From NCBI GenBank assembly GCA_934095865.1, contig CAKOKU010000004.1, forward strand, positions 18,672 to 82,671: a DNA stretch of 64,000 bases, in the 5' to 3' direction. This DNA is from an uncultured Bacilli bacterium (GTDB lineage: Bacteria > Bacillota_I > Bacilli_A > RF39 > UBA660). A program made the position numbers and the translations under genes. The notes under the pieces are model-generated. The model was not told the origin of the DNA. It saw nothing but the letters and a program-made list of their open reading frames with translations, and did no database searches. Of the stretch, positions 47,841 through 58,020 are shown piece after piece (position 1 is the first letter of the stretch; every line of letters begins with the position of its first letter).

Positions 47841-49958
47841 TTAAGCTAAATTAAACGTTATTTGCTCTTCTGTAATCATGGAACCATAATTTAGTGAAGA
47901 AGAAACCACTTTACCATTGCCATTAATCTTAAAATTGATGTTTAGTAAATGACATAAGGCAATAAGTTCTGATTTTGTATATCCAGTTACATCAGGCAAA
48001 GTATAATTATTATCTTCAGTTTTTATAAATATCTTAGAGCCTACTAAAATCTTCGTATCTTTCTTTGGATATTGATTAACAACAGTTTTACCATTTCCAA
48101 GTACTATATACTTAATATTAACGTTTTTTAGCTTTTCTTCTGTCGTCACAACATCAGTATTAATATAATTATCTAGAACAAGGATATTATTATTAGTTGT
48201 ACTATTGTCTTTTTCTTCTAAGTTCTTATACTTAGCGATTTCATCAATAACATTAACAACCGCTTGGGCTGCATTTTTAAAAGCTCCTTTAAATTGTTTA
48301 GCTGAAAAGTAAATTATATATTGAGGATTTTCATAAGGAAATAAAGCAGCAAAGCTTCTAATATAATCATAATTACCAGTTAAATAACCACCGCCATTAG
48401 GATTAGCGATTTGAGCTGTACCTGTCTTACCCATAACTGTTACTAAATTAGACTTAAAAAATCTAGCATCAGTTTTTCCTGAATAAACAACATCATGCAT
48501 CATCGTCTTCATTTTATCTACTGTACTTTTACTTACGATTTGCCCCAATTCTTCTCTCTCGGCCGTATATTTAACTGTTTTCGTATTACCATCAACTATT
48601 TTAGAAACAATATAAGGTTTTACCATCACCCCATCATTAGCAAGCATAGTTAAAGCTTGAATATTTTGGATAGGTGTAGTAGTTATTCCTTGGCCAAAGG
48701 CAGCGGTGGCAATTTCAGTTGCGTAATTAAAATCAATTTTTCCTTCGGCTTCATCAGGCAAACTAATACCCGTCTTACTACCAAAGCCACACTTTTTATA
48801 AAAATCATAAAGTTTATCACGACCCAATCTTTGACTTAGAATCGTGGCTGCAACATTAGAAGAATAACTAAAACCTTCATCAAAGGTAATACGTCCCCAA
48901 CCAACATTATTAAAATCTTTAATCGTAGCATCACTTACTCTAATGGTACCTGATTGATATGTTTCTTCACCATCATATAATCCTTCTTCAATGGCATCCA
49001 TAAAAGAAAATATTTTCATAGTTGAACCAGGTTCATATTGATAAGATACTAGTGGATTTAAATAACTAGTAATATTTAATTTATTAGCATCAAAAGAAGG
49101 CGAACTACCACTAGCTAAAATAGCCCCACTCTTGGCATCGGCAACCGTAAAGGTTATCCATGAAAAGTCATTATTCTCTGTTAAAGTATTTAATTCTTGT
49201 TCAACAAACAACTGAATATTATTATCAATTGTTAAATAAATATCATCGCCAGCTTCAGCTTCTTTTCTATTTTCTTCGGCATAAGGAAGTTTATAACCAT
49301 AATTATCAGTTTGATATTCACTAAAGCCATTAGTACCCTTAAGAGTATCATTATATGCCTTTTCTATTCCCATTTCACCAGTGATATCACCATCACTATT
49401 TTTTTTCGAATAGCCAACTATATAAGAGGCAAAATTGCCCATTTGGTAATATCTTTTAGTGGAAGCAACAAAGTCAATTCCTGGTAAATTTAAATTTTGA
49501 ATTTGAATTTTTAAGGTTTCTGTGATATCCTTTGCTCCAGCAAATTCTACCTGATATTTACCAGTTAAATTAAGACGCTCTAAAATATAATCATAAGTCA
49601 TATCCTTATTGCCAGCTGCTAAAAAGACTTCGCTTAACTTTTGAGCTGTCATCTCTTTATCAATAACGTGTTTAGGTTTATTAGGATTAGTCGTTCTTGA
49701 ATCACTTAAATACGCTATTAAAGTATAAGAATTAACGGTTTGAGCTAAATAATTACCATTAACATCATAAATTGAACCACGAGAGGCATAAAGTGTCTTC
49801 TTTGTTGTCGTAATCTGAGCCGCATAAGCTTTTAAATCAACTCCATCAATTGTTTTAGCCAAAGATATATAAGATAATTTAACAATACACGCTAGAAAAA
49901 ACGCTACAATTAATATAATTATTATACTATTTATTCTTACATTCTTTTTGTTCTTCAT
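47841..49958 (-). CDS. Class B penicillin-binding protein with two PASTA domains (PBP2B/SpoVD-like)
   Basis: SxxK (GSTMK), SxN (SSN), KTGTA. C-terminal PASTA repeats (LPDVTGYTKSELIALC). Located in the rsmH-ftsL-pbp order. Confidence 0.9.
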   Translation of the reverse strand: MKNKKNVRINSIIIILIVAFFLACIVKLSYISLAKTIDGVDLKAYAAQITTTKKTLYASRGSIYDVNGNYLAQTVNSYTLIAYLSDSRTTNPNKPKHVIDKEMTAQKLSEVFLAAGNKDMTYDYILERLNLTGKYQVEFAGAKDITETLKIQIQNLNLPGIDFVASTKRYYQMGNFASYIVGYSKKNSDGDITGEMGIEKAYNDTLKGTNGFSEYQTDNYGYKLPYAEENRKEAEAGDDIYLTIDNNIQLFVEQELNTLTENNDFSWITFTVADAKSGAILASGSSPSFDANKLNITSYLNPLVSYQYEPGSTMKIFSFMDAIEEGLYDGEETYQSGTIRVSDATIKDFNNVGWGRITFDEGFSYSSNVAATILSQRLGRDKLYDFYKKCGFGSKTGISLPDEAEGKIDFNYATEIATAAFGQGITTTPIQNIQALTMLANDGVMVKPYIVSKIVDGNTKTVKYTAEREELGQIVSKSTVDKMKTMMHDVVYSGKTDARFFKSNLVTVMGKTGTAQIANPNGGGYLTGNYDYIRSFAALFPYENPQYIIYFSAKQFKGAFKNAAQAVVNVIDEIAKYKNLEEKDNSTTNNNILVLDNYINTDVVTTEEKLKNVNIKYIVLGNGKTVVNQYPKKDTKILVGSKIFIKTEDNNYTLPDVTGYTKSELIALCHLLNINFKINGNGKVVSSSLNYGSMITEEQITFNLA

Positions 49959-50253
49959 TAGCTTTTCTTCTTTCTGAATCTATTGAGGTAATATTATTGT
50001 TTTTATAAGATAGACCATTTTCTTCAGCAATCTTCCTTATTTTGTCTAAAGAAGCTAACTCATTAATCTGCATATTAATCGATTCATTTAATTTTTGCTG
50101 ATCTTCAATATCATCTTTTAATTTTTCAACATCAATATTTATTTCACTCAATCTAGCTTTAGTAACAACTTGTAACAATGGAGATACCATTAATAATATC
50201 AGAATAAAAATAAATAATTTTTTTCCTTTTTTATTCTTTTTAGCACTCGTCAT
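49927..50253 (-). CDS. ftsL: Cell division protein FtsL
   Basis: 108 aa. A basic N-terminus, one TM segment, a coiled coil, and LDKIRKIAEENGLS. Lies between rsmH and the PBP gene. Confidence 0.7.
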   Translation of the reverse strand: MTSAKKNKKGKKLFIFILILLMVSPLLQVVTKARLSEINIDVEKLKDDIEDQQKLNESINMQINELASLDKIRKIAEENGLSYKNNNITSIDSERRKANEEQKECKNK

Positions 50254-51169
50254 TTATAATCCTTTCTGCTACTCTTAATTTGGCACTGTTGCTTCTAGTA
50301 TTGGCCGCTAGTTCTTCTTTACTCGGTAAAATTGGCTTTTTGGTTATTAGTTTTAATTTTGGTTTATATGCATCAGGAATTTCTGGCAAACCTCTTAGAG
50401 CTTCCATAACTTCACTATTTTCTTTAAAGAATTTTTTTACTATTCTATCTTCTAAGGAATGAAATGTAATAATAACAACACGGCCTTTATCATTAAGCAT
50501 ATCTACAACATCCGGTAAAACCTGACTTAAAACACTTAGTTCCTTGTTCACTTCAATTCTAATAGCTTGAAAAATATTACGTTCAGGATGTTTTTTATAA
50601 AAATAGTTAGCGCCCACCGCCCTTTTAATAACATCTACTAATTCTAAAGTAGTATTTATTGGACGATTTTCCATTATTTTCTTAGCTATTAAACGACTTT
50701 TTTCTTCTTCACCATAACTAAAGAAAATATTTACTAGTTCGTTATTAGGGTATGTATTAACAACATCAAAGGCACTAAAATTACTATCTTGATCCATCCG
50801 CATATCTAATTTGGCATCCCTACTAAAGCTAAAACCGCGACTTGCTGTATCTATTTGTGGTGAGGAAACACCTAAATCAAAGACAATACCATCTATTTTT
50901 TTGACTCCCAATTTTATTAATTCTTCCTTTAAGTTAACGAAGTTACTTTTAATAAGTGTAAAATTATTACTAATCTTTCGCAGACGTTCTTCGGATTTTT
51001 CAATAGCCAATCTGTCTTCATCAAAACTATAAAGATGGCCAGTCGTTAACTTTTCTAATATCTTGCTAGAATGTCCTCCCATTCCTAAAGTGGCATCTAC
51101 ATAAATACCATCCGGCTTAATATTAAGATTTTCAATTGCTTCATTTAGTAATACACTGTAATGTTCCAT
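50240..51169 (-). CDS. rsmH: 16S rRNA (cytosine1402-N4)-methyltransferase
   Basis: HYSVLLNEAI, DATLGMGGHS, FDLGVSSPQ. Confidence 0.97.
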   Translation of the reverse strand: MEHYSVLLNEAIENLNIKPDGIYVDATLGMGGHSSKILEKLTTGHLYSFDEDRLAIEKSEERLRKISNNFTLIKSNFVNLKEELIKLGVKKIDGIVFDLGVSSPQIDTASRGFSFSRDAKLDMRMDQDSNFSAFDVVNTYPNNELVNIFFSYGEEEKSRLIAKKIMENRPINTTLELVDVIKRAVGANYFYKKHPERNIFQAIRIEVNKELSVLSQVLPDVVDMLNDKGRVVIITFHSLEDRIVKKFFKENSEVMEALRGLPEIPDAYKPKLKLITKKPILPSKEELAANTRSNSAKLRVAERIINDEC

Positions 51170-51321
51170 AAATATGCCTCTAGCTTTCTTCTTAAATTAA
51201 TCTTACTATAAAAATTTTTTTTTGTAAATAAACACCCACTGCTGTTTGACACTTTCTCCAGAACTTTTCTTTTATCTCCAAAGAAAAAACGAATGAATAA
51301 ATCACTCGTCTCTTTATATTT

Positions 51322-51882
51322 TTACGCTCTTGATGAATATTTACCATCTTTAGTAGAAATGATAATATGTTCACCTTGATTAATAAACATAGGTACTTTA
51401 ACAACGTAACCAGTTTCAATAGTAGCATCCTTAAGGGCATTATTAGTAGTATTTCCTTTAGTTGCTTCAGTTGTTTCTACTATTTCAAATTCAATCTTTT
51501 CTGGTAAGTCAATACCAATTATTTCTCCTTCATAGAAGTTAATTACAATTTCTAAATTTTCTTTTAGATATTTTCTTTCTTCTTCTAGACGAGATGCTGG
51601 TACTTCAATTTGTTCATAAGTAGTTGTATCCATAAATACATAATTATCACCACTACTGTATAAATATTGCATTGGTTTTCTATCAATATGAGCTTTTTCT
51701 ACTTTAATATTAGTATTATAAGTATCTTCAACAATTGAACCAGTCTTTAAGTTTCTTAATTTCATTTTAACGAAAGCAGCACCTTTTCCTGGTTTTACGT
51801 GTTGAAACTCAACAATTTGACATAACTTACCATCCATGATAATTGTCATACCATTTTTAATATCATTAATATTAATTTGCAT
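51322..51882 (-). CDS. efp: Elongation factor P
   Basis: VEFQHVKPGKGAAFVKMKLRNL; 186 aa. Confidence 0.97.
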   Translation of the reverse strand: MQININDIKNGMTIIMDGKLCQIVEFQHVKPGKGAAFVKMKLRNLKTGSIVEDTYNTNIKVEKAHIDRKPMQYLYSSGDNYVFMDTTTYEQIEVPASRLEEERKYLKENLEIVINFYEGEIIGIDLPEKIEFEIVETTEATKGNTTNNALKDATIETGYVVKVPMFINQGEHIIISTKDGKYSSRA

Positions 51883-51899
51883 ATGTTAGCCTTTCTATC

Positions 51900-52064
51900 T
51901 TATTTCTTTTCTTTATGGTTTGTTCTTTTACCACAGTTACTACAATATTTCTTATTTTCTAACTTTTCTGGAGTATTTTTCTTATTTTTACTTGTATTGT
52001 AGTTTTCATGTTTACATTCTGTGCAAGCTAAAGTAACGTAATTTCTATTTTCATTCTTTGCCAT
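51900..52064 (-). CDS. rpmG: 50S ribosomal protein L33 (zinc-ribbon form); below the ORF-track cutoff
   Basis: AGGAGG RBS, then ATG at 52064. Translation: [54 protein letters not shown], stopping at TAA 51900..51902. Confidence 0.92.
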   Translation of the reverse strand: MAKNENRNYVTLACTECKHENYNTSKNKKNTPEKLENKKYCSNCGKRTNHKEKK

Positions 52065-52112
52065 AAGTTTTGCCCTCCTTTGTTCACTCTTATGTATTTT
52101 ATCATAAATTAT

Positions 52113-54005
52113 CTATTTTGCAAACAAATAATTTGCCAATTTTATACTAATCATACGAGTTATTGGGGCATTATATCTATTATCATCATTTTCAAAAGAA
52201 ATATTAGGATTTAAAATAACATATGAATACTTAGGTTCATCATAGGGAGCAAAGCCAGCGAATGACGTATTAATAGTCGTAGTTTTGCCATCGTAGTAGC
52301 TCTGGGCAGTACCAGTTTTCCCGACACCTTTATATTTAAGAGGAATATAATTATTAGCCGTACCGCCCTTAATAACTTCATAAAAGCCTTTAATAATTCG
52401 TTCCATCTTATCTTGTTCAAGGCCAACTTCATCTATTAATGTTGCCTCACGTTGCAAAAACGACAAACTATATCTTTTACCACGATTAGCAATTGTATTT
52501 ATGTAAGATACGAGCTGTAAGGGGGTATAAGTATCATATTGGCCAATAGCTAAATTCAAATATAAATCACTAGATATTTTAGAGCCAGTAATTCCTAAAT
52601 TTTCTTTAGGAAAGTCAATACCCGTAGCATTGCCTAAGCCAAACTTTTTAAAAACCCTTCTATATTTATCAAAATCAGCATTAGTAACTTTTAACTTCAT
52701 ATTATATTTATAACTATTGCCACTGACTCTAATAGCTGTTAAAAATTGATAATAATTGCTAGAATATTTTAAGGCAGTGATATCATTTAAAGAACCTAAA
52801 CTTCTGTAAGAACATTTTTTAGGAACCCCATAAATTTTAACGCAAGCATCTTTATAGTATTTTCCCGTATCAATAGCATCATTTAAATAGCCAACTGTAT
52901 TTGAAGCCCCTTTAATAACTGAACCAACTGTATAACTAGTTAGCATAATATTACTAGAAACATCATAAAAATTATCATTTTCATATTTAAGACCACTAAG
53001 AGCTAAAATACCACCAGTATTAGGGTCAGTAACAATTGCATATGTCGTATTATAATACTTAGTATTTTTCATTGTGATAGCTTGCTTCATTGCATCTTTT
53101 TGAATAGATTCTAATTCTTTTTGAAGAGTGATATCAATATTTAAAGTTATATCCTCGCCCTTTCTACCAGCCTCGACTAATTGAAGAGAATTATCTTTAT
53201 TTAAAACATATTTATCTTTCGTGCCATGTAGGGTATCTTCATAATACAATTCTAGACCAGACACGCCAACTAGCTCATCATCTAAATAGCCTAAACTTTT
53301 ATATTTATCATAATCTTCTTTTCTAATGGTGCTAACACGGCCAAAAATAGAATCTAGGCTAGCATACTCATTTGATCTCGTGTATCTATACGAACAAGCA
53401 AGACCTGCAATGTTACTATTACTAACCATCTGACAAACATCATCACTAACATTATCATCAAGAATTTTTGTATCATAATAATAGCCTTCATTCATTAAAT
53501 AATATAAATGAATAGCAATTCTATCTTTTAAGGTATATTTTTTTATTTCATCAGTTATTTTATTATATTTTATAGTTTCTAAATCATCATAAGTTATATA
53601 ACGGTATTTTAAGTTATCATTATCTTCTCTTGTAACTAAATAATCAGTATTTTCTGTTAGCAAGAAAAATTTTTTCAGTTCATCAGTACTTGCTTCCTCG
53701 CTAACATCTAAAATATTAATTAATTTATAAGCTAATTCAATTAAATAAGAAGTATTAGGATTATTAATTAACCGAAATGTAATTATATTTACTTTTTTAT
53801 TATCTACTAAGACATTGCCATTAATATCCAGTATTTTTCCTCTTTCTTGAGTTAAGCCATAAACATATCTTGTACTTTTCTTATCATAAAGGTCTAAATA
53901 ATAAGCATTATCAACAATTCTAAGTTTATAAAAACGCATACTAAAAATAGCAAAAACTATAATAACACTACTCATAAAAATAATTTTCTTTTTCATAAAC
54001 ATCAC
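52113..54005 (-). CDS. Class B penicillin-binding protein (PBP2/PbpA-like transpeptidase)
   Basis: N-terminal TM segment, SxxK (GSVIK), SxN (SSN), KTGTA. Confidence 0.85.
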   Translation of the reverse strand: MMFMKKKIIFMSSVIIVFAIFSMRFYKLRIVDNAYYLDLYDKKSTRYVYGLTQERGKILDINGNVLVDNKKVNIITFRLINNPNTSYLIELAYKLINILDVSEEASTDELKKFFLLTENTDYLVTREDNDNLKYRYITYDDLETIKYNKITDEIKKYTLKDRIAIHLYYLMNEGYYYDTKILDDNVSDDVCQMVSNSNIAGLACSYRYTRSNEYASLDSIFGRVSTIRKEDYDKYKSLGYLDDELVGVSGLELYYEDTLHGTKDKYVLNKDNSLQLVEAGRKGEDITLNIDITLQKELESIQKDAMKQAITMKNTKYYNTTYAIVTDPNTGGILALSGLKYENDNFYDVSSNIMLTSYTVGSVIKGASNTVGYLNDAIDTGKYYKDACVKIYGVPKKCSYRSLGSLNDITALKYSSNYYQFLTAIRVSGNSYKYNMKLKVTNADFDKYRRVFKKFGLGNATGIDFPKENLGITGSKISSDLYLNLAIGQYDTYTPLQLVSYINTIANRGKRYSLSFLQREATLIDEVGLEQDKMERIIKGFYEVIKGGTANNYIPLKYKGVGKTGTAQSYYDGKTTTINTSFAGFAPYDEPKYSYVILNPNISFENDDNRYNAPITRMISIKLANYLFAK

Positions 54006-54028
54006 TAATATTAGTATTTATAAATTAA

Positions 54029-54322
54029 GTTAAATCATACAATTTATGGGGTGATTTTATATATAATTTAGTTGAAAATTTTATTAGTAAATTATCTTTA
54101 AATGATATTTTTCGGTTTGCTAATCTTAAAAATGTAAATTTATCTAACGATGAAGCTATTTTTATTTTAAATTTTATTAAAAAGAATTGGTTAACATTGT
54201 TAAAAAATCAAGATATTAGCATTATTGATAAATACAAGGATAATTTTAGTGATGATAATTATTCCAAGATTAAAACAACGTTAATTGAATACAAAAATAA
54301 GTATGGTAAGATGTTTAGATAA
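54029..54322 (+). CDS. Open frame for a small helical protein (DUF2624/YqfT-like?) lacking a canonical start codon
   Basis: The frame is open from 54029 to TAA 54320..54322. Translation: ...WGDFIYNLVENFISKLSLNDIFRFANLKNVNLSNDEAIFILNFIKKNWLTLLKNQDISIIDKYKDNFSDDNYSKIKTTLIEYKNKYGKMFR. A GGGGTGA RBS-like element lies at 54048..54054, but the only nearby in-frame candidate is ATA at 54059. A strong terminator follows. Confidence 0.35.
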   Translation, partial: VKSYNLWGDFIYNLVENFISKLSLNDIFRFANLKNVNLSNDEAIFILNFIKKNWLTLLKNQDISIIDKYKDNFSDDNYSKIKTTLIEYKNKYGKMFR

Positions 54323-54353
54323 AAATAAGATGAGCCAAAACTCATCTTATTTT
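54322..54353. terminator. Bidirectional intrinsic terminator (small ORF / trxA)
   Basis: AAAATAAGATGAG pairs with CTCATCTTATTTT (13 bp) around the loop CCAAAA. Confidence 0.75.
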
Positions 54354-54634
54354 AGGAATTCTTCTAATTCTTCACGAGGCATAAAACCAATATTTTTTCT
54401 TAATTCTTTGCCATCTTCAAAAAGAATAATTGTTGGAATTGACATTACGCCAAACTTTTTCGCGATTTGGGGATGCATATCAACATTAACTTTCAAAATG
54501 TTAGCATCAATACTTTCTAAAACATTTCCCATCATTTTACATGGTCCACACCAGTCTGCGTAAAAATCAACTAATACTCTACCCGATTTTATTTCTTCTT
54601 CAAAAGAATCTTCTTCTTGTAAATACTTTATCAT
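54347..54634 (-). CDS. trxA: Thioredoxin
   Basis: WCGPC active site; 95 aa. Confidence 0.95.
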   Translation of the reverse strand: MIKYLQEEDSFEEEIKSGRVLVDFYADWCGPCKMMGNVLESIDANILKVNVDMHPQIAKKFGVMSIPTIILFEDGKELRKNIGFMPREELEEFLK

Positions 54635-54651
54635 TTTCTATCCTCTTTTCT

Positions 54652-55374
54652 TTAATTATTTTGATATTTATCTAAAATGTCTTTAGCTCCTGAAATCTTT
54701 ATTTTATCTTTTTCTAACAGTTTTGTAGCTTGTTCTTTAGAAATAACATTATACTTTATTAAAATTTCAAAAGCACTCTTATTATACGCTTCTTTATCAT
54801 CATTATACAACTCTGATAATTGTAATATTTCATCAATGGCTTTTTTTGGTTCTTCAAAATATTTAGTAAGAACCGGTGTGTTATTTAAAATATTTGTCGC
54901 TAAACTCGATTGACTTACCAAAGGTGCTGTATTACTAAAACAATTTAACATGAAAACTCCAGCAAAAACAATTATATAATATTCAATAAAGCCAAAAATT
55001 AAACCTAATATTTTCGAAAATAAACCAAAAACAATTGTCAATCTTAAAATGGATTCTAAAATGCCACTAGCAAAGACCACTATTTTTAAAAGAACTTCTA
55101 AAACGGCAAAAACAATTAAAAAAGCCAATCCCTCATAAATTAAAACATTAAATACACTAACCCCTGCTAGTTCTCCACTAAAATTAAAAAATGGTAAGTG
55201 CATATACATTAATTCTGAAATAGGATTTTTTAGTTTAAAACTTAAAAAAATTATCAGTAAAGTTCCTAAAAAAGAAACCGCGCTTTTTATTACTCCGGCT
55301 TTAAAGCCTACTACTGCCCCCAAAAGCAATAAAATAATGATAATACTATCAATAATGCTAACCACTATAATCAC
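54652..55374 (-). CDS. cvpA: CvpA-family membrane protein
   Basis: N-terminus IIDSIIIILLLLGAVVGFKAGVIKS and four TM segments. Adjacent and divergent to rnhC, as in the B. subtilis yshB/rnhC region. Confidence 0.75.
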   Translation of the reverse strand: MIIVVSIIDSIIIILLLLGAVVGFKAGVIKSAVSFLGTLLIIFLSFKLKNPISELMYMHLPFFNFSGELAGVSVFNVLIYEGLAFLIVFAVLEVLLKIVVFASGILESILRLTIVFGLFSKILGLIFGFIEYYIIVFAGVFMLNCFSNTAPLVSQSSLATNILNNTPVLTKYFEEPKKAIDEILQLSELYNDDKEAYNKSAFEILIKYNVISKEQATKLLEKDKIKISGAKDILDKYQNN

Positions 55375-55451
55375 TCCTTACTTTAAGTATATACTAATTA
55401 ATTTGAAAAAGAAAGACAAATATGTTAAAATTAGTGGCAAGCGAGGTACTT

Positions 55452-56375
55452 ATGACTATTGTATTTAAATTAAGTGATAACCTAAAAGATGCTGTTATCA
55501 AGCACTATGAAAGATATATGCCAACTAAAACACCACCTTATGCGGTTTTTCAAGTCAAAAACTATGATACGACAATCACTTTATATGAATCAGGCAAAAT
55601 TATGTTTCAAGGTCTTTCCGCTGATATTGAATCATCAATTTGGATAGAACAAGAACGTATCAAAAATAATCGTTATATTGATATCTCTGGTAAAGAAAAA
55701 GAAAGTAAAAAAGAGCCTAATAAGAAGTTTTATAATATTTCAACAATTGGCTCTGATGAAGTTGGAACTGGTGATTATTTTGGACCGATCGTCGTTACCG
55801 CTACATACGTTAGTAAAGAAAATATTCCCTTCTTGACTAGTTTAGGCGTACGTGATAGTAAAAAGATTACTGATGATAAAATCATTGAAATCGCTCCTCA
55901 AATCATCAAAAAAATACCATATGTAACTTATATCTTAGATAATGATTCTTATAATAAATTACCTAAAGAAGACCAAAATATGAATAAAATTAAAGCTATT
56001 TTACATAATAAGGTCTTAACTAGTCTTATTAAAAAAGATAATTATGCCTATGAAAAAATTGTGATAGATCAATTCGTCTATCCTAAAAAGTTTTATGAAC
56101 ATATCAGTCTTGCTAAAGAAAAAATTACTAATGTTACTTTTATGACTAAAGCCGAAGATCAAGTGCCTTCCGTTGCGGCCGCTTCAATTATCTCCCGTTA
56201 TATATTTTTAAAAGAAATCAAAAAACTAAGTAATGAATTAGGAGCTAAAATTATTTTAGGGGCTAGTGATAAAGTAGATGCCCTAGCTAAACAAATCTTA
56301 GAAAAAAATGGCTTTGAAACTCTACAACATTACGTTAAATTAAATTTTAAAAATACTGAAAAAATATGTAAGTAA
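55452..56375 (+). CDS. rnhC: Ribonuclease HIII
   Basis: N-terminal TBP-like domain and catalytic GSDEVGTGDYFGP. ATG at 55452 follows GAGGT (the track ORF begins at 55422). Confidence 0.93.
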   Translation: MTIVFKLSDNLKDAVIKHYERYMPTKTPPYAVFQVKNYDTTITLYESGKIMFQGLSADIESSIWIEQERIKNNRYIDISGKEKESKKEPNKKFYNISTIGSDEVGTGDYFGPIVVTATYVSKENIPFLTSLGVRDSKKITDDKIIEIAPQIIKKIPYVTYILDNDSYNKLPKEDQNMNKIKAILHNKVLTSLIKKDNYAYEKIVIDQFVYPKKFYEHISLAKEKITNVTFMTKAEDQVPSVAAASIISRYIFLKEIKKLSNELGAKIILGASDKVDALAKQILEKNGFETLQHYVKLNFKNTEKICK

Positions 56376-56401
56376 AAACACCTATTACGGTGCTTTTTTA
56401 A

Positions 56402-57904
56402 TTATCTAAATAAACTTCTGGTTAGTCTGCTAACAGAAACACTCATAGATAAGATTGAATTATAAACTTGTTCAGCAGTCAAAAGTTTAATACCTATAAC
56501 ACTTTTAGTATTAGGTAGTGTTTTTACTTCTAACCAATCTTCACCATTAAGACCAATTCCCGGATAAAAAAGATGATAAGTATCATAAATCCCCTCACTT
56601 TTAGGAGTTGCATTTGCTAAAAGACTAGGAAGTTCATGCCAATAAAACTCTTCAATATCCATGTTCAAATCAGAATTAAAACTATTTTGACTAATAAAAT
56701 CATACAAAGCTAGTTCGGAATCATTATCTAAAATATTCTCACCAACTACGGTATAATCACCAAGTTCTAAATCTTTAAAACCAATATTATGTTTTTTACT
56801 TAAATATAATAAGTAAGGAACTGCTTTTTGTTTTAAGAATATTGCTCCTTGTAATCTAAACAAAGAGTTAGCTGCCACCACAGCCTTAGCATCATCAAAA
56901 TAAATAGCACTTTTTATAGCATATAAATAGCCCTTAGAATATTTAGGACCAGCTTGCATGGCATGATCATATGCCTTCTCATATTTCCCAAGTTCATAAT
57001 ATACTTTAGCTAATAAATAATGAGGATAATTAAATTTCTTATATTTTCTATCTTTAAATTGATCACTTTTATCTTCAGCAATAATTTCTTCTAAAACGCT
57101 AACAGCTTCATTATATTGTTCTCTAATAATATAAATACAACCCATCTTTTCTTTAGCTGTCGTTCTTACTTTAAAATCTTTACTTTTAGCATTTATTTCT
57201 AAAAAGATTAAGACTTTATCCCAATCTTTTTCAAAAAAATAAATATTAGCCCAACTCTTATTTACTCTTTCTTTTTCCCAATTACTCTCTGGTTTAACTT
57301 TTCTTAAATATTCCTTAGCGGCCTCTATTTGCCCTAATTTAATGCAAGCATCGCACATCCCAATATAACCAATATTATCATTTTTTCTCTTAGCAACAAT
57401 ATTTTTAGTTCTTTCATTAAGTTCAATAACTTTATAATAACAATCAAAAGCCATGCCGGCATAAGTGATTTTAGACTCGTCATTTTTCTTTTCGGCTAAA
57501 CTTAAATAAGTAAGCCCCACATTAGTAATAATAACAATATCATTAGGTTTAATTTTTAAAGCTACATCATAATATGCTAAAGCCTCATCATATAAGCCAA
57601 AGCTACGGTAATATTCAGCTAAATCAAAACACGCATTAGCTCTTAGTATGGAGTAATTATCTTGTAAAATAGCTTCTCTTAAGACATTTTCAACGTTTTC
57701 TACGGGCTCATGTTTCTTAACATAACATTTTCCCATAAAATAATGAGCCATTACTCTTATTTCTTCTTCATAAGAATTAGTCATAAGCTGATCTAAAATA
57801 GCAATAGCATCATCCACTGCCTCATCTTTAAATAATTGTTTGGCCTTATCTAATTGTTGCCAATCATAAGTTGGTATTTCATATAAATCATCTAGTTCTA
57901 ACAT
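56402..57904 (-). CDS. Tetratricopeptide-repeat protein, 500 aa
   Basis: Multiple TPR-like units (e.g. ACFDLAEYYRSFGLYDEALAYYDVALKIKPND). The C-terminal ~120 aa are unassigned. Confidence 0.7.
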   Translation of the reverse strand: MLELDDLYEIPTYDWQQLDKAKQLFKDEAVDDAIAILDQLMTNSYEEEIRVMAHYFMGKCYVKKHEPVENVENVLREAILQDNYSILRANACFDLAEYYRSFGLYDEALAYYDVALKIKPNDIVIITNVGLTYLSLAEKKNDESKITYAGMAFDCYYKVIELNERTKNIVAKRKNDNIGYIGMCDACIKLGQIEAAKEYLRKVKPESNWEKERVNKSWANIYFFEKDWDKVLIFLEINAKSKDFKVRTTAKEKMGCIYIIREQYNEAVSVLEEIIAEDKSDQFKDRKYKKFNYPHYLLAKVYYELGKYEKAYDHAMQAGPKYSKGYLYAIKSAIYFDDAKAVVAANSLFRLQGAIFLKQKAVPYLLYLSKKHNIGFKDLELGDYTVVGENILDNDSELALYDFISQNSFNSDLNMDIEEFYWHELPSLLANATPKSEGIYDTYHLFYPGIGLNGEDWLEVKTLPNTKSVIGIKLLTAEQVYNSILSMSVSVSRLTRSLFR

Positions 57905-58020
57905 AATTAATTTCTTTCCTTAAAATCAGATTAAGACTTATTATCTTAATCAACGTAATTAGTAGTATACTTGCTTATCTTAACGCTTGTCAAGAAAAAA
58001 GCACCTAAAAGTATAGGGCT

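Noticed and set aside
51192-51440. 82-aa ORF in the position where mraZ would be expected upstream of rsmH.
   Set aside because: It overlaps the 3' end of efp out of frame, and its translation has no MraZ (SpoVT/AbrB-like) features. I treat it as spurious, so mraZ is absent here.
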